Below, in pieces: positions 13,501 to 23,600 of a stretch of 64,000 nt of DNA (position 1 is the stretch's first letter; each line of letters begins with the position of its first letter). A program made the translations under genes and the position numbers. The stretch comes from a virus. Lineage: Duplodnaviria; Caudoviricetes. The DNA lies in IMG/VR virus record IMGVR_UViG_3300011006_000010, positions 32,001-96,000 of that record. One strand, 5' to 3'. A model generated the notes under the pieces. That model was not told the DNA's origin and did not search any database. It was given only the letters and a program-made list of their open reading frames with translations.

Positions 13501-16370
13501 GGATGATTTCTTCTGATCGTATTGACACAAGAAGTTATGACTCAAGTAGAAAATATACGTACTTAAGGGATTCGTCTAACTATTATCGCGATTTTGGATT
13601 ACATGTGCCTAGCCTTACATCTTCTAATATTTATGACAATAATTTTGTTTATGTTAGAAAGAGTTCTGGAACTACCGTCCCTACTCTTGAATCGAATTGG
13701 GAATATCTTTTCCGCATTGACAGAGATGGTGTTATTTATGCAAGTAATCTGTATATTAACAATACAAGTATTGCAGATATGATCACAGATGGCGTAGACG
13801 GCGGTGCGTACCTTCCAATTTCTGGAGGAACTATTTCAGGCAATCTTACTGTGACAGGTACAATTTCAGGATTGAAAACCTTATCTGTTAATGGCAAAAG
13901 TTATAACGGCACATCTGCAGTAAATGTCGGTGTTATTGGTGCATCATATGGTGGTACAGGGCAAACTTCCTTGAATGCTTCAGCGAATGCTTTACTTGGA
14001 GCGTTGGATAATTCAACTGCTCAATCTACTGATTTTACTGACAACACAAGTATTATCACTACAGATATTAATGGTAGTACGGGTACATATTATCATCGTA
14101 AGAGTAGTTTGTTGTGGAATTACATTAAATCGAAAATAAGCTCTGATCATTCTACGCTAGATGCTTTATTTGTTCCTAAGACTGGCGGAGAATTTACCGG
14201 GGCTATAATTATCTCAGACAATTTAAATGCTGACAGCATACAAACTGGTGATTTCATAGCTACTGGTGCTGGCAGATTTACAAATGGACTCTATGGCGAT
14301 CTTGTCGGCGATGTAACGGGCAACCTTACTGGCACCGCAAGCAATTCAGAAAAAGTTAATGGACATACGGTAAACACTGATGTTCCAAGTGGTGCTGTGT
14401 TTACAGATACTACTTATACGTTTGCGAACGGAACTAATGGATTTACTGTAACACCTGCTGGTGGAACCGCACAAACAGTTACTGTCACACCTTCTATAGC
14501 CAATGCAAGTACAAGTGGAGCAGGGTTAATGACTAGCGCTATGGTTACTAAGTTAAATGGTATTACAGATAGTGCTGATAGTGTATCTTTTACAAGGAAC
14601 TTAACAAGCGGTACAAAAGTTGGATCTATAACAATTAATGGAACATCGACAGATTTATACGCTCCAACTAACACAAATACTACCTATACACTTACACAGG
14701 ATAGTTCTGATGGTCATAAAATAACCTTTACTCCGTCTTCTGGAACTGCCACTACTATAACCATTCCAGACAACAATACTACCTATACATTTGCAAATGG
14801 GACAAACGGATTTACTGTAACTCCTAGCGGCGGGACTGCGCAAACAGTTACTGTAACCCCTTCTATCGCTAATGCTTCAGGCAGTTCAGCAGGTCTGATG
14901 AGCGCAGATGATAAGACGACATTAGATAATATCGCAGCTAACTTTTCTGGTGGAACTATTACCGTATCAAATGTAACTGCAAGCAATGGCTTGACATATG
15001 CTTATAATTCTACAACTGGTATTACGGCGATCACTGGCACATATCCAATTCCTACAAGCACAGGCACTTCAGATCAGGTATTAATTGCAAATTCTAGTGG
15101 CGTTGGTGTTTGGAATAGCCAGAGTTCATTAAAAATCAGAAGATTAGATAATAAATATACATCTCGTCCTTCTAGCGCTAATTTTGCTAGTAGTGAAACA
15201 GGCAATTCGAGTTTAGAATATTTTCTATCAACAAGCACTATGACAACAGGGAAACCAATGGGCGACGGTCATATTATTCACATGAATTGGGATAATACTG
15301 ACGGATGGGCTAGCCAATTGTGTGTCCCTGGTTCGAGATCAAATAGCTCACAATGGAGGGCACAAAATGGTGGTACTTGGACAGATTGGTTCACTTTCTT
15401 AGATTCTAAAAACTATAACTCTTACTCTCCAACTCTTACTGGCACGGGAGCAAGTGGAACTTGGGGCATCTCAGTATCTGGCAATGCTGGGACTGCAACT
15501 AAACTTGCTAGTTCTGTAACTATAAACGGAACCTCTTTTGATGGCTCTAGCAACATCACAACAGCTAAGTGGGGAACAGCAAGAAATATAACAATTAAAG
15601 ATAGTGATAGTACAAATTCTGGTACTGCTGTAAGTGTTGATGGCAGTGACGCAATAACTTTGTTGTTGCCAAATACAATCAAAGCATCTTTGACAGGCAA
15701 TGCTACTACGGCTACAACCGCAACAAAACTCGGTACAACTACTGTAGGAAGCACAAGTACTCCAATTTATTTGAATGCTGGCGTGCCTACTGCTATTTCT
15801 GCTGCCATTCCTGCATCTTTGGGTGGTACTGGTCAGACAACATTAAATGCTTCTGCAAATGCTCTAATCAATTCACTGTCAACAGAAGCTTCTACGCCAA
15901 CTGACAACGATTACTACGTCTGTCAATATGCTGGTGGTGGAACTACTACAACCACGTATTACCGCAGACCAGTGTCTGCTTTATATACTTATATTAAAGG
16001 AAAAGCAGATTCTGAATATGTTAATTTGACAGGGGCGCAGACTATTTCTGGCGCAAAAACATTTTCTGCTACCACAATACATTCTGGAGCTGTTAATTTT
16101 GCTAATAATACTCTTAATACCGTTGGTGACGATGCATATTTTGGCGATCAGAATATCTCAGGACATATTGCAATCAAGGGTAAGAATGGTGCAACAGGTA
16201 TCCGCTTTATTCCTTACTCTGGATCAACGACAAATGATATCAGCATAGATGGTTCTGGAAATATGACTATTACAAACAATCTCATTCAGACTGGCACCGT
16301 AACTATAGGCTCACATGCCACTCTAGCATATAATTCAACTCTTGATGCAGTTGTATTTAGCTTTGTTTAA
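7503..16370 (+). CDS. Giant baseplate hub/central tail-fibre protein (Tal-like N-terminus with CxxC..CPKC Zn ribbon, coiled coil, repeated modules, fibre C-terminus)
   Basis: GAGGTG RBS before ATG 7503; position after Dit; four 'TTAPxxPT..W...P.Y...YP..Y.C' modules; Thr/Ser/Gly-rich fibre motifs ('GNAGTATKL'). Confidence 0.8.
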   Translation: MANLLVNKNGNVSAPTIIMSNKSLEKLGTISYDHTSFEYTKNIGYSEASFVVYKKWIDDMGNEIECQFWDALTDLSVIFIKDYNEYFEAEISLTESEHINKTVTLTSLHVAELSQINAYVEVNTEEDIDRDDYLYPTVFYNPEDASVSLLNRLLDERAPHYTIGSVPTTLRNIQRTFSWSGTSIWDAMNEIETEIGCKFLIEGRTINVVDMMTTCNECGYRGDFLGECPKCGSANVTMPYGKFTNIFVSRENLSEDITLTTEDSEMKNCFRLEAGDEDMTSTVINLNPSGSRYIYYFSDKMKSMISDDLRNALDSYESDYESYRTRSYSLDATHSSAYDNLVTKYNDGEYSAYVYNDENERVLQVNTYKTTDTLTSHENLIAFYYDASDFYGYLESTLMPSVERDIDTAAGQLARIVSYVGDVAISNYDATRTSNETVASSVKMICSAVLTGAFKVSVTCTKTLVDDVYDAEVTVTSYRDDEDVATDTIQVTVSNDYQQSFVQKLQKIMRDILDDSSIYNIIDYDEDDLESFADYLKHYNYNDLDSFENAYSEALSLIEQEENDNLSEIEANYRQKYNLIAAEKSLRESEVEIVENILDDVEELINGIRTALDMNTNYLTTKALQDEFNSYRREDVYENDNFSSEGLSDAELIARAVEFYNLALEEVENATRTVYNISATLHNLLLMPEFESLWEDFDVCNWIAFRVDDKIFRLRILNYNIQFDENSISEIDVEFTTATEGKTASLFGYTQQILDSAKSMATSFPYIKYQTKINKVSVEDINALTALLNAQLTAKNSDISALTSSNIALSGEINALQVENLDVTGRLTAAEADIDTLEADNVTINESLTAQNASISNLQANKADITDLTAATARIGSLETNYVTVTGRLEAVEADIGDLTADNVTINGTLTAHQGVIDNLDTNYAHITNGVIDNATIGYADVDGLDANYAHITNGVIDTATIDQANVNNLSTNYAQINLANVNNAWIDNGVIKDAAISDAQIIGVSANKLTAGTIDASNITVTNLNASNITTGSLTVDGITIDVENNEASIDGAYIEDGTITLNGLSQDVRDTIDGAIETFTGTVVPTLNNSPASSWETDADKSKHVGDVYYVVNSGNAADGYCYRFAYDNTTSSYGWILIKDSDVTAALQRLLDAEGDISNLQTFESETSSWMSDTDDALTAIRTNHTTLEGVVNRTLVSTTQLWFTKADTTAPDQPTSHVSSDSTNGNAWTTAVPSYNSSYPNYFYCYEWEYADGTYGWSSVVRDIGMGETQSTARTASSTASTALSNAATAQSTADANIQSSVQLWFTKNDTTAPNKPSSHVITNDATVYNAWNIAVPTYNSSYPNYYYCYEYLKGDGTYSWSDVIYDRATTENQANARSALTQVSTKVETSTFNELSQTVDENSASITSLSTVITNNGLTESTNISNTVNSVSQTASGNSSKISNLTTLLGTNADGTTASNDIVHQVSEIDQDLDSITTRVGKTEVQLKSQYATSSTAAGTAAKVATITPAISGYELVAGETITVKFINENTTASPTLNVNGTGAKAIKTYANGNLSEAEYKWKAGSTFTFTYNGTNWLMQDSSIAMRITSAESSITQNANNIELKVSESDVTGNYLIGKINLDATTATIAAERVDIAGAAIFNSYSTTAEMEQAIEEAVPTTVAELTDSGNYALTSEIPTNVSELTNDSGYTTATAVANTYGSSIKTETVLYYASNSTTAPSKPTAHVTVSSASQYGKWNITLPTYSATYPYLYTCTELLTVAGNYSWTGVEQSNYTAAISAIKTTADAAAPKTSAVSQEQRVYYKSTSTTAPSAPTSSWISETGTVNEAWTTKRMSYDSSYPYLYTCIQKQTVSGTVACTTVLLDDTTTVIDGGKIITGSVTANQLAANSITTAKLATDAIKSTNYAASGNADSPYSATGTFLDLTNGNIYTPNFGLNNTSGMAYFNGQITASSGQIGTDTVNYWEIGTKTDYNGSDSAALVGHGTSYIQSGDWMISSDRIDTRSYDSSRKYTYLRDSSNYYRDFGLHVPSLTSSNIYDNNFVYVRKSSGTTVPTLESNWEYLFRIDRDGVIYASNLYINNTSIADMITDGVDGGAYLPISGGTISGNLTVTGTISGLKTLSVNGKSYNGTSAVNVGVIGASYGGTGQTSLNASANALLGALDNSTAQSTDFTDNTSIITTDINGSTGTYYHRKSSLLWNYIKSKISSDHSTLDALFVPKTGGEFTGAIIISDNLNADSIQTGDFIATGAGRFTNGLYGDLVGDVTGNLTGTASNSEKVNGHTVNTDVPSGAVFTDTTYTFANGTNGFTVTPAGGTAQTVTVTPSIANASTSGAGLMTSAMVTKLNGITDSADSVSFTRNLTSGTKVGSITINGTSTDLYAPTNTNTTYTLTQDSSDGHKITFTPSSGTATTITIPDNNTTYTFANGTNGFTVTPSGGTAQTVTVTPSIANASGSSAGLMSADDKTTLDNIAANFSGGTITVSNVTASNGLTYAYNSTTGITAITGTYPIPTSTGTSDQVLIANSSGVGVWNSQSSLKIRRLDNKYTSRPSSANFASSETGNSSLEYFLSTSTMTTGKPMGDGHIIHMNWDNTDGWASQLCVPGSRSNSSQWRAQNGGTWTDWFTFLDSKNYNSYSPTLTGTGASGTWGISVSGNAGTATKLASSVTINGTSFDGSSNITTAKWGTARNITIKDSDSTNSGTAVSVDGSDAITLLLPNTIKASLTGNATTATTATKLGTTTVGSTSTPIYLNAGVPTAISAAIPASLGGTGQTTLNASANALINSLSTEASTPTDNDYYVCQYAGGGTTTTTYYRRPVSALYTYIKGKADSEYVNLTGAQTISGAKTFSATTIHSGAVNFANNTLNTVGDDAYFGDQNISGHIAIKGKNGATGIRFIPYSGSTTNDISIDGSGNMTITNNLIQTGTVTIGSHATLAYNSTLDAVVFSFV
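14409..14879 (+). repeat. Duplicated 34-aa fibre module (14409-14510 and 14778-14879)
   Basis: TTYTFANGTNGFTVTP[A/S]GGTAQTVTVTPSIANAS occurs twice; 33/34 aa identical. Confidence 0.9.
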
Positions 16371-16382
16371 GGTGGTGATTTT

Positions 16383-18194
16383 ATGAGTTTACAAGTATGG
16401 CTTCCGTTAACAAAGGATTTAAGAAATCAGGGAGTAGGAGACGTAACAGTTACGAATAATGGAGCGACGTATTCGTCTACAGGGGGAAAATTAGGAGGAA
16501 CATATTATTTTGATGGAAATAAACAGTGGTTTCAATTAAGCGAATCATTCGGTGATTTTTATAATAATGATTGGTCGTGCGCAGTCTGGCTTAAACCTAC
16601 TGATAGTACTAGAAGTGTAATAATTTCTGAGTATGGTGGTACTGGTGCGTCTAATGTAGCGATTGAATTAACCGCTTCCAGGGTAGTGAGGGTGTATTGG
16701 GCTGGTAGTCCAGATGTGACTTTTACTACTGCCGGTGCATTAGCATTAGATGCATGGACTCATGTGGTAGTCTGTAAGTCTAGTGGACAATTACAGCTTT
16801 ATTTAAATGGAAGTTTGGCTCAAACTTATACTGGCACGTTGGCAAGTCATACAAGCAACTGTCAACCTAGAATCGGAGATGATTATAGAGGCAATTCAGC
16901 AAACACAGTGAGTTATCAGGGATATATGAACGATTTCCGACTCTACGACCACTGTCTCTCCCCAATGGAAGTTAAGCAACTCTCCAAGGGACTTGTATTA
17001 CATTATCCTTTGAATAGACAGGGTTGGGGACAGGAGAATTTAGTTTGGAACTCAAATTGGAACCTACATTCGACCACCCCTCCAGAGAATTGGACTAATT
17101 GGGGTTCACCTCCAACAAGAGAGGTAATAACAATTAATGGGAAAAATTGGTTGCATGTGATAAGTAACACAACAACTTTTCAAGGCTATTCTCAAAATTG
17201 GACTAAGAGAAATGGCGTAGGTGAAATTAGTGAAAATACAAAGCTAACAGTTAGTTTTACTGCTTATTTGGCTACAGCTGCAACTATTGCTCCAATTGGA
17301 ATACATTGGTGTAATTCATCTGGGACAATAGTTACTCAAAACTGGACTACCACTGCATTGACCACAACACCACAACGATATAGCTTTACTTATACTACAC
17401 CAAGTGGATGCGTCGGCTTTAATATTATGGTGGGTGATAATACTAATGCTGCTCATGAGGTTTGGATTACAGATATAAAACTTGAAAAAGGTTCAATCGC
17501 AACTCCGTGGTGTCCGAACTCCGCAGACACCCTCTATACAACAATGGGTCTCAATGGAACTACGGAGTATGATACGTCGGGGTATTGTAATAATGGAAGC
17601 AAAATGACCACTACTCTAACATATTCCTCTGATACATCAAAATATAATGTATCAACTTACTTCAATGGAACCTATGACGGTATCTTAATTGAAAACTTAA
17701 CTCTTTCAGATATAATCAACTCTGCTGTCACCTATGCTTTCTGGATTAAACCAGATGGTGAAAGTGGCGCAAGGTCAGTATATTTTGGAAGTTATTCTGG
17801 TGTTAGTTGGTCTATTGAAAAGACTACTGGCAATGTATTACGTTTATACTGGAATGGCTCACCAGATGAAACTTGTACTGGTGCAACTATTACAGATGGA
17901 GTTTGGCAACATGTATGTATTACAAAGAGCGGAACTAGTGATATAAAAGTCTATATTAATGGGGTACAAAAGTGGAGTTCTACTGCTACCCATAGTAGTT
18001 TAACCTTTCCAACCACATATGGAATTGGAAGAGATAGTAGAAGTAATGATGGTACGCCATATAAGGGTTATATGTCCGATTTCCGCATTTATGCAACTGC
18101 CCTATCTGCCGAAGATGTCGCAAATTTATATTCTGTATCATCTGCTATAGATTCTAATGGAAATGTATATAGCGCAGCTTATATAGAAAGTTAG
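16383..18194 (+). CDS. LamG/concanavalin-A-like jelly-roll protein (LamG, CBM-like, LamG); putative receptor-binding protein
   Basis: Two 'W.H....LY.NG ... GYM.DFR.Y...LS..EV..L' repeats around a CBM-like insert ('IKLEKGSIATPW'). Confidence 0.8.
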   Translation: MSLQVWLPLTKDLRNQGVGDVTVTNNGATYSSTGGKLGGTYYFDGNKQWFQLSESFGDFYNNDWSCAVWLKPTDSTRSVIISEYGGTGASNVAIELTASRVVRVYWAGSPDVTFTTAGALALDAWTHVVVCKSSGQLQLYLNGSLAQTYTGTLASHTSNCQPRIGDDYRGNSANTVSYQGYMNDFRLYDHCLSPMEVKQLSKGLVLHYPLNRQGWGQENLVWNSNWNLHSTTPPENWTNWGSPPTREVITINGKNWLHVISNTTTFQGYSQNWTKRNGVGEISENTKLTVSFTAYLATAATIAPIGIHWCNSSGTIVTQNWTTTALTTTPQRYSFTYTTPSGCVGFNIMVGDNTNAAHEVWITDIKLEKGSIATPWCPNSADTLYTTMGLNGTTEYDTSGYCNNGSKMTTTLTYSSDTSKYNVSTYFNGTYDGILIENLTLSDIINSAVTYAFWIKPDGESGARSVYFGSYSGVSWSIEKTTGNVLRLYWNGSPDETCTGATITDGVWQHVCITKSGTSDIKVYINGVQKWSSTATHSSLTFPTTYGIGRDSRSNDGTPYKGYMSDFRIYATALSAEDVANLYSVSSAIDSNGNVYSAAYIES

Positions 18195-18203
18195 GTAAAA
18201 CAC

Positions 18204-18800
18204 ATGGCAAATCCGAATATAAATAAACAGGGAATATGGACGGTAGAGAATATTTATGAAAATTGGGCTTTTCAGATTCAAGAAGACACCGCAGGTTCGT
18301 CAAGTTATACTCCTACTACAGGAACAAATTCAACTATAAATGATGACTATAAGAAGGTAATGTTTACAGACTATAGTGCAGGAGATGCGTTTGCAGTTAC
18401 AATTAAAATACAGTACAGTGGATTTGACGAGTCTAATGAAAGTGGTACTTTCGCCTTGCGTTTTCAAGGCAAAAATTATAATACATCGGCAGAAGCATGG
18501 CAATGGGCTGGTACTAATCCTATTGCAGCAGCTCTAAATACGCAAAGGTCGCCGCGAACAGAAGTGCTATCTCAAAGTTCAGGCACATACGTTTACAAAA
18601 CATCTTTTACTTTAACGTCTACTTTTTTAGAAACATATAGCGGTTCTACACTTGGTATGCGGTCGGATTACTCGAACGGAACCGGGCAAATAACTATAAG
18701 TGATTTTATAGTAACTCCAATCAAATCAGCAAATATTGAACCTGGTAAGGCAAAAATTGGGGAAGACTATATGACAACTAATGAGTTTTATGAAATATAG
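18204..18800 (+). CDS. Hypothetical tail-associated beta-sandwich protein
   Basis: Thr/Ser/aromatic-rich ORF in the tail operon. Confidence 0.55.
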   Translation: MANPNINKQGIWTVENIYENWAFQIQEDTAGSSSYTPTTGTNSTINDDYKKVMFTDYSAGDAFAVTIKIQYSGFDESNESGTFALRFQGKNYNTSAEAWQWAGTNPIAAALNTQRSPRTEVLSQSSGTYVYKTSFTLTSTFLETYSGSTLGMRSDYSNGTGQITISDFIVTPIKSANIEPGKAKIGEDYMTTNEFYEI

Positions 18801-18815
18801 AACAGAGGTAAGAAA

Positions 18816-19664
18816 ATGAGAATTAAAGCAATTATTAATGATAGATATGAATTGTCTCTGATTGATTTTCCAACAAGGACTTTTGCTCAAGATCCAGTTT
18901 TGAAGATTCAATCAACGGATTTGGATTACATCAAAACGATTTTAAGTAGCATTCAAAAAATTGAAGTGTATTTTGGAGACCAGCTAATTGCAACCACTAC
19001 GGATTATGATAGTTACTCTTCGATTCAATATCTTGGCGCGGTTTTTTGTGAATCGGAACAAAAATTTGCTGAATGTCTTCAGGTGTCATTGACAAAGGTT
19101 AGTATTGTAGAACAGCTAAATAGGATCGAAGAAAAAATTGACAACACTGTTGATATTGACAGCATGTCCGTAGAAGAATATAAAGGGTATCTTCTTAAAG
19201 AAATATCTGCTTTAGGCGAAGCACAGATTTTTGAGGGAACTGGCGTTGTGTTGTCTGATGGGACTTCTAAGGTGTTTACATATAATCTAGAAGACCAAAG
19301 CAATATCACTCAGGCTATTGCCTTATGTAAAGAGCTTGATGATCCTATGATGCTTTATCCGTATCATTCTCATGGAGAAATATGTTCTTTATATTCCGTA
19401 ACCGATATTTACATTATCTACGTGACTCTTCAAATGATGAGTGTTCAAGTTCAGACAAGAGTTAATCTTTTAATGAATTATATTAGAACTATTCAAACTA
19501 AAGAAGAGTTATTAGACATTACATATGAAACCGCTCTTCCTGACGCCTATCAGAATAGGTATGATGAAATCATTGCTGCAAGTATGGAAATCATGGAGCG
19601 ATTAAAGGATAAATATCTTCCAAATTTAGATGTAGAAGATGAAGAACAAAGCAATGAAGAATAA
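18816..19664 (+). CDS. DUF4376-like tail-fibre assembly/chaperone-type protein
   Basis: 'FTYNLEDQSNI' and 'YHSHGEICSLYS' motifs; C-terminal 'TKEELLDITY'. Confidence 0.6.
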   Translation: MRIKAIINDRYELSLIDFPTRTFAQDPVLKIQSTDLDYIKTILSSIQKIEVYFGDQLIATTTDYDSYSSIQYLGAVFCESEQKFAECLQVSLTKVSIVEQLNRIEEKIDNTVDIDSMSVEEYKGYLLKEISALGEAQIFEGTGVVLSDGTSKVFTYNLEDQSNITQAIALCKELDDPMMLYPYHSHGEICSLYSVTDIYIIYVTLQMMSVQVQTRVNLLMNYIRTIQTKEELLDITYETALPDAYQNRYDEIIAASMEIMERLKDKYLPNLDVEDEEQSNEE

Positions 19665-20106
19665 ATTTAAAAGATTAATAATAACTAGTCTTATTGGACT
19701 TTTTAGTTCAATTGTATATTGTTTTATTGAGATTATGGCGAGAGGCTATACGCATTATAGTATGGCTATTCTCGCCTTTATTTGTGGGATAGGTTTGATG
19801 TTTTTAAATGACACTGTTTTGGAATATGATACTTATTTTGAAATTCAGGTATTATTTGGGACTTTATTATGCACCACCTTAGAATATATATTTGGTTTGA
19901 TGTTTAATAGTAATTTTTCTGTATGGGACTATCGAAATTTGCCATTTACATTGCATTTTTTAGATGATCAAGTAAATATAATGTTTTGTTTTGCATGGAT
20001 GTTAATCTGCATTTTTGGCATTCCTCTTCTCGATTATTTGCAATATAAAGCAGGACTAGGTGATAAGCCTCATTATAGATTTTTAATCAAAACAAAAATG
20101 AAATAA
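19639..20106 (+). CDS. TMEM229/CmpB-like multi-pass membrane protein
   Basis: About 4 hydrophobic segments; 'RGYTHYSM', 'LEYIFG', 'VWDYRNLPF..QV' motifs. Confidence 0.7.
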   Translation: MKNKAMKNKFKRLIITSLIGLFSSIVYCFIEIMARGYTHYSMAILAFICGIGLMFLNDTVLEYDTYFEIQVLFGTLLCTTLEYIFGLMFNSNFSVWDYRNLPFTLHFLDDQVNIMFCFAWMLICIFGIPLLDYLQYKAGLGDKPHYRFLIKTKMK

Positions 20107-20118
20107 AAGGAGAAACAT

Positions 20119-20607
20119 ATGATTATTACAAAAACACTTCAAGGAATTGTGGCGTTAAATATGGACGCTTGGTATGCACAAGATGAAACAATAAAGAAAT
20201 TAGACAAAATGCCATTAAAATTTCAATGGACATTGAGAAAGAACATGAAACATTTAAGTGAAGTTGCCGATGAGTTTAAAACATTTAGAGATGAATTAAT
20301 TCAAAAACGCAACAATGAGTGGTTCGTTGAGGGAAATGGTAAATGTGAAAAGTCTATTGAAAAGAATAAAGATGGTGAGGACGTTGAAATGCTAAAAATC
20401 CTCCCTGATCATCTTGATGAATTTAAACAATACGAGGCTGAAATGAATTCAAGTTTGCAGGATATTCTCTTAGAAGAAGAAGATTACGCGTTTACAGAAA
20501 TAGACATTGAATCTGTTATTGATGCTTCGGAAGAGAAAGATGCAGGAATTAAAATGAGTGATTTGGATATGTTAAGTTTATTTACATGCGATGAGGAGAG
20601 TGAATAA
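20119..20607 (+). CDS. Hypothetical acidic helical phage protein
   Basis: AAGGAG RBS; 162-aa ORF. Confidence 0.6.
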   Translation: MIITKTLQGIVALNMDAWYAQDETIKKLDKMPLKFQWTLRKNMKHLSEVADEFKTFRDELIQKRNNEWFVEGNGKCEKSIEKNKDGEDVEMLKILPDHLDEFKQYEAEMNSSLQDILLEEEDYAFTEIDIESVIDASEEKDAGIKMSDLDMLSLFTCDEESE

Positions 20608-20623
20608 TATCACTCTCTTTTTT
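20596..20623 (+). terminator. Intrinsic terminator-like hairpin
   Basis: GAGAGTGA/TCACTCTC stem followed by T6. Confidence 0.6.
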
Positions 20624-20641
20624 AGAAGGGAGTGATAACTA

Positions 20642-23600
20642 TTGGCTTATCTTGGAAACACCGTAATTAATGGTTCGTTAAGGTGTCTTAACAAAAGTTA
20701 TTTTGGAGATATATCAGTAAGTGGGACTACTACGTTTGCATCTTTAGAAGTGACTGGAAATGCAACCATTTCTGGTGGGACATTAACTGTTGGTAATAGC
20801 AGCACAACTTCAACTTTATATTTATATGGCAAGAACGCCTTGTATGCTATGGATAGTTGGCTGAGGATAAATAGTGCTTCAAGTTTCTCACAAGGTGTTT
20901 ATGTCCCCAGCCTGTTTAGAACAGATGGGAAGTTTCAGGTTGGTGCGAATGGTAACAGACTTTCTGTAACAACCGGTGCTGCGACCTTTGGCGTTCCGAT
21001 TTCGGCTACAACTGCCAACGTTACAAATATAAATTCATCTACAATTTCCAACTCATCAAAAATTACGTCATATGATGTTGAGGTTACTAATGAATTAAAA
21101 TCATACACGTGGGATATTGCGCACGTTGCAAATCTCGCAAACGATTTTACCGTTTCCCCTACTCTTCAACTAGAATCGGGTGCAACAATAACATTCAGTT
21201 CTATCAATACATCAACCAATGTTTGTCAGTTTACAGTTTCGGATTCATCAAGCATATCCAGCTCCAGCTTGGGCGGTGTGACGTGGACTCAGTACTCAAA
21301 AGTTAAATTCACAATGGAATTGAATGGTGTATTGAATACAAATTGTAGTGGTTATTTGACTGCGCAAATGAATTCTACAAGTGGCACGATGCAAATCAAT
21401 GGCACATTGGACACAGTTGACGGACTTGCTACAGGAACCGCATATAGTGCTGAAGGCGCAACTATCATGCTTTATGAAGTTGGTGCCGGAAGTCAATCAA
21501 CAACATATCCTATTGGCATTAGGATGACGGCATATGGCTCAAATAAGAGGAGCTATATCGATATTTACGGTGGCACTTCTGCTAGTTCATGGACTACTCC
21601 ACATGTGAGAATCGGCAATGTCGGCGGATTGACATTTAATGGCAGCACGTTAGATAATCAATGGGGTATTTATACCGATATGGGTTATTTTAGCGGAGCT
21701 ATTGTTTCTACTGAGGGAAAGATTGGTGGATTTACCATTGGAGCATCTAGCATCTATAATGGAACAAACTCTCTGACTAGCACCACTGCTGGTATTTATC
21801 TTGGTACTAATGGTATTAGAAATTATCAAAGCAGTACGGCATATGTTAATATTGCTAGCGGCGTAATTACAGCAAAAGGTGCTAATATAACAGGACAAGT
21901 TACTGCTACAAGTGGTTATATTGGCAATGGCAGTAGCGGTTTTACTATTAATAATACCTCGATTACAAACGGGAAAACTTCTTATAGCGAGACAACGAAT
22001 AATGGCATTTATTTAGGAACAGATGGCATTGGCTTAGGTAAAGGTTTGTTTTATGTCACTTCTGCAGGGGCATTAACGGCTAAATCTGCTACTATTGGTG
22101 GCTGGAGTGTCAATTCTACGTCTATTTACTCTACTGCTAGTACTGCTACGATTTATGGGAACACTAGATCTTCTTATAATAGTGGATCGGGTTTTTATCT
22201 AGGTGGAGATGGCAAATTCGGAGTTGGCAATGGTACGACTAGTTACATTACATATGACGGAAGCAGTTTAAATATGAATGTAACCGCCCTTTCTATTGGT
22301 GGTACAAGTGCTGCTACAACAACAGACACGACTAATGCTGCTAAAACTGCTACAAATTATTTAACCTATGATTCTACGAATGGGATTAAACTGCATAACT
22401 TAAGCGACACAACAGACTATCTGCAAGTTAATTCAACGGCTATTAGGATGTATAGAAATAATGTAGAAAAGATGTATCTTGACGATAGCTCATTTAGAAT
22501 CGGTTCTACTGGAAGCGGAAATTACAATACATATATTACTAGTTCTGGAATTGCTTTAAGAGTGAATACAACTACGTTGGCTAATTTCACTAGTTCAAAT
22601 CTTAGTTATTATTATGGCACAACTGGTAAGACGGCAATGTCTCTTGGAACTTCAAATCTTACATTTTATGAGACTGACGGCTCTACTGTTGCTGCAACGT
22701 TAGGTAGTAACGGACTGGCAATTTCGGCGGGTAGTATTTCTTTAGGCAATAATTTTTCAGTAGATTCTACTGGAAGTATTTCTGCATCAGACGGAACTAT
22801 TGGCGGATGGAATATCTCAAATTCATCACTTGTTGGATACTCAACAGATGCAACGCCGCCAAGCTTAGCAATGTACTCAGGCAATACAACATCTACGCCA
22901 AGAACAGCGTTTATTGGTTCTATGGGTATTTACGGTAAAAATCTGGTAGCTGGAACAATTACTACGCCTAAAATTTCAGGCGGTAAATCTAAAACGATCA
23001 CTGTAAACTTTGCAGATTTCTCAGCTGACGGAACTAGTCCATTCACACAGATTCCTATCGTTGTTGTATGTCCAAGGTCATCAGCGCCTTGGAACTGTGT
23101 TGCTGGAGCTTATGACATTACAACCACATCGTTTAAATGCACGATCAAAAACGAGTCATCAACAAGTATGAAGCGTTCAGTAAACTTTATTGCGTATGCA
23201 TATGATAGCGGATGGACAAACAGAGAGGTTGATGATGATGGAAACTGGAGCACGATCACAGATGTGGACGTAAGCACAAGATATGTAAATGGTATTGACG
23301 CTGGAAACGTTGAAAGTCCAATGGACAAAAAACAAGTCACCGACATTGACTTTAGTTTAACAGAGCTTACTGCAAGTGGCGGAACATCTTATTACCCTAT
23401 TACCGGTGCTGCATCATCTGGTAGATCTATATTCTTTGCTACAAGCAGAACCACAGTTCCATATTCTATATTAAGGAATCCAGCTATCTCTGCCGTATAT
23501 GATAGCACTACAGAAAAAAGCACATATCAAATAAGTGCGTACAGAACAAATACGACGAATTCAATATTTAACTGGATCGGCATAGACATAAGCAGAACAG

